A stretch of DNA of 62,974 nucleotides, filler included, from Octopus bimaculoides (Eukaryota), in assembly GCF_001194135.2 (NCBI RefSeq). It is 6 parts of 5 records of this genome, joined end to end, with 100 filler letters (N's around TTAATTAATTAA, not from the genome) between each part and the next. Parts side by side here need not be neighbours in the genome. Positions count along the whole stretch, not along the records: positions 58,513 to 62,974 come from NC_068994.1; 5 more parts are not named here. One strand, given 5' to 3'. Under the pieces are notes generated by a model, which was given only the letters and a program-made list of their open reading frames with translations, did no database searches and was not told the origin of the DNA. Made by a program: the position numbers and the translations under genes. Positions within the stretch are counted from its first letter, which is position 1. Each line of letters begins with the position of its first letter. Below are positions 60,185 through 62,974 of this stretch, piece by piece.

Positions 60185-61270
60185 ATGATGATGATGATAT
60201 TAGTAGTAGTGGTGATAACGATGATGATAACAAAAGCAACGATAATTATGCTGACAACAATGATGATGATGATAACTATGATTATGATGACAATGAATGA
60301 TGGTGATGATGATGATGATAGTGATGATGGCGATAATGATGAGAACAGTGATGATGATGGGGATAATGAAAATGATGATTATTATGATGACTACAGTGAT
60401 AGTTAGTGGTGATGGTGATGACGATGATAATGAAGATGATTATGATGGTGACGATGATAATGAAGATGATTATGATGGTGACAATGATAACGATGACAGT
60501 GATGATGATGATGATGATGATGACAGTGATGATGATGATGATGATGACAATGATGGGGATGATGATGATGATGATGATGACAATGATGGTGATGACAATG
60601 ATGACAATGATGATTACAGTGATGATGTCTACGATAAATTATTCTTGTAAATTTCGCAATAATTATAGGCCTTCATCACATTCTTCTGTATTTAATGCAA
60701 TAGTGGAAATTGCTGTGTTTCAAGTACAACACTCTAATGAAGAGATGAACGCCACAACAAGCACTGCCACTACTACCACCTCTACCACTTCTACCACCGA
60801 AGCCACCATTATCATCACTACTAGCGCCATCATTACCAACACCAAGACTAGCACCTCTTCAATCATTATCATCACCACCATCAACACTTTAATCACCAAG
60901 ACCACCTTCAGCACTACTGCCGCCACCACCACCACCACCACAACAGCAACATCAACAACCATCAGCAGATACCACCACTACCACTATCACCACCACCATT
61001 ATACCATCATACCATCATCACCATCACCATCACTACCACCACTACCAGTATCACCACCATCACAACCATCAGCAGATACCATCACTACCACTATAACCTC
61101 CAGCACTACTGCCACCACCACCACCACTACCACCACTACCACCACCACCACCACAACAACAACAACAACAACAACAACCATCAGCAGATACCACCACTAT
61201 ATCATCGTCACGACCACCAATACCATCAACTACTACTACCACGTATGTATCCACCCCACCATTACTAACA
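60185..61270. repeat. (GAT)n and (CAC/CAA)n low-complexity tract
   Basis: Simple triplet repeats, with a ~28-bp motif CAACCATCAGCAGATACCA recurring three times. Confidence 0.9.
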
Positions 61271-61554
61271 CCAATACTGTTCTCCTTGAAGATATTATCC
61301 CCCCAATAACTAGTGTGGCAGCACCGTTATCAAATTGCTATAAAATGAAAAGACACACAAGATGAAAGGAAATTACAAGGATCTGCATTGAATGGAGTGT
61401 GAAAGCATTATGGAGCAGTGGTAAAACCTTGGCATGCTGAGGCTGAAAGTTGGGGTTCAATCTCCATAGCATTTCACTAATTTTCCTCTCCTTTATTTTT
61501 TTATTTTACTTCTATTTCTTTAATGATTTCTTTATTTCCTTTTATTTAAAATTT

Positions 61555-62012
61555 TTTTTTATTTGTTTCAGTCATTTGACTGCAGCCATGTTGGAGCACC
61601 ACCTTTGTCGAACAAATCGACCCCAGGACTTATTTTTGTAAACCTAGTATTTATTCTATCAGACTCTTTTGCCGAACTACTAAGTTACAGGGACATAAAC
61701 ACACCAGCATCAGTCGTCAAGCGATGGTGGGGGGACAAACACAGACACACAAACATACACACACACACACACACACACATACACATACATATACAACGGG
61801 CTTCTTTCAGTTTCCATCTACCAAATCCACTCACAAGGCTTTGTTCGGCCCAAGACTATAGTGGAAGACACTTGCCGAAGGTGCCATACTGTGGGACCGA
61901 ACCCAGAACCATGTGGTTGGTAAGCAAGCTACTTACCACACAGTCACTCCTACACCACTCCATTATTATTAAATTTATATATTGGGTAGAAAATTGTAAA
62001 TATACTATTTAT

Positions 62013-62045
<33 letters not shown>

Positions 62046-62330
62046 GAATTACACACATATTCTTTTATTCTTTTAGTTGTTTCAATCATTTGACTGGGCC
62101 CATGCTGGAGCACTGCCTTAAAGAGTTTTAGTTGAAGAAATTGACCCCAAGATTTATTCTTTGTAAGCCTAGTACTTATTCCATTGGATGCTTTTGCTGG
62201 ACTTCTAAGTTACAGGGAGCATAAACACACCAGCATCGGTTGTCAGGTGATGACAGGGATACAAACATGGACATTCACACACACACACACACACACAAAT
62301 ACATACATACGTACATACATACATACATGA
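61555..62330 (-). mobile_element. Two SINE A copies (61555-61955 full, 62055-62330 3' half); another head at 62870-62974
   Basis: Family sequence on the minus strand. Confidence 0.85.
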
Positions 62331-62781
62331 GGATATAATCGTTTATAATAATGTCAGCATCTTAGCATACTGATATTAATATATGATTTACCGTTATGGG
62401 TAAAAAACCCAAAATGGTAGAAATTATCAATTAATAATTAAGAGTACTAACAAGCAGTACTGGCATGCTAAATATAGCAGTCAAAATGACCAAACCACAA
62501 ATTTTCACTTACACACAAAGGTAAAAGCAGGTAAATGAATAAAAATAATCAAAAATTGAAAAAGCCAGACATACCCACATCACCATGATTTTGAACTTGG
62601 AGAAAAGCTCTTAGTTCATTTTCAGTGAGTCTTACTGACCCCAGGATTATAGAGATTATTCATCTCATCAATGTGTACACACACACGCGCGCGCGCGCAT
62701 ACACACATACCTCAACCTACTTTGGTAATAGGTCCGAAGACAAGTAACTTAACTTGAAAAATTATGTAATACAAGATATAA

Positions 62782-62850
<69 letters not shown>

Positions 62851-62974
62851 CATGGCAGATGGAAGATGGAATGTAGTAGAAGACACTTGCCCAAGGTGCC
62901 ACACAGTGGGACTGAATCCAGAACTATGTGGTTGGGAAACAATCTTCTTACCACACAGCCATGACTGCACCTGG

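Noticed and set aside
60406-61365. 319-aa Met/Thr-rich mucin-like ORF
   Set aside because: Built from (GAT)n and (CAC)n triplets that lack stops by composition; no domain or splice evidence.

Overview
Eukaryotic, AT-rich, repeat-dense DNA with about 5 kb of N gaps. The SINE repertoire resembles what I recall from Octopus genomes, so the taxon is an inference. There is no CRISPR array, rRNA or true tRNA gene. The long ORFs in the supplied track are microsatellite or N-gap artefacts. Three signals stand out. (1) A + strand array of 72-nt, phase-2/phase-2 exons each encodes one typical extracellular leucine-rich repeat (LRR): 37229, 42971, 44103, 44606 and 44938, the last with a dead donor. The four downstream exons were duplicated as intron-exon-intron cassettes between (CTT)n tracts. 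The ORF track misses them because they are read in other frames between splice sites. Much of the remaining non-TE DNA across the window also reads as decayed LRR coding sequence on the same strand, with lower confidence. (2) A canonical hammerhead ribozyme fold at 25625-25678, plus several degenerate hammerhead cores in Penelope-like termini and in one tRNA-derived SINE. (3) A rearranged, probably non-autonomous Ty3/Gypsy element (37972-41458) in an intron of the LRR array. The rest is SINEs, RTE and Dong/R4 LINE ends, Penelope-like fragments, Tc1/mariner relics, piggyBac-type MITEs, a HINE-like element and microsatellites.
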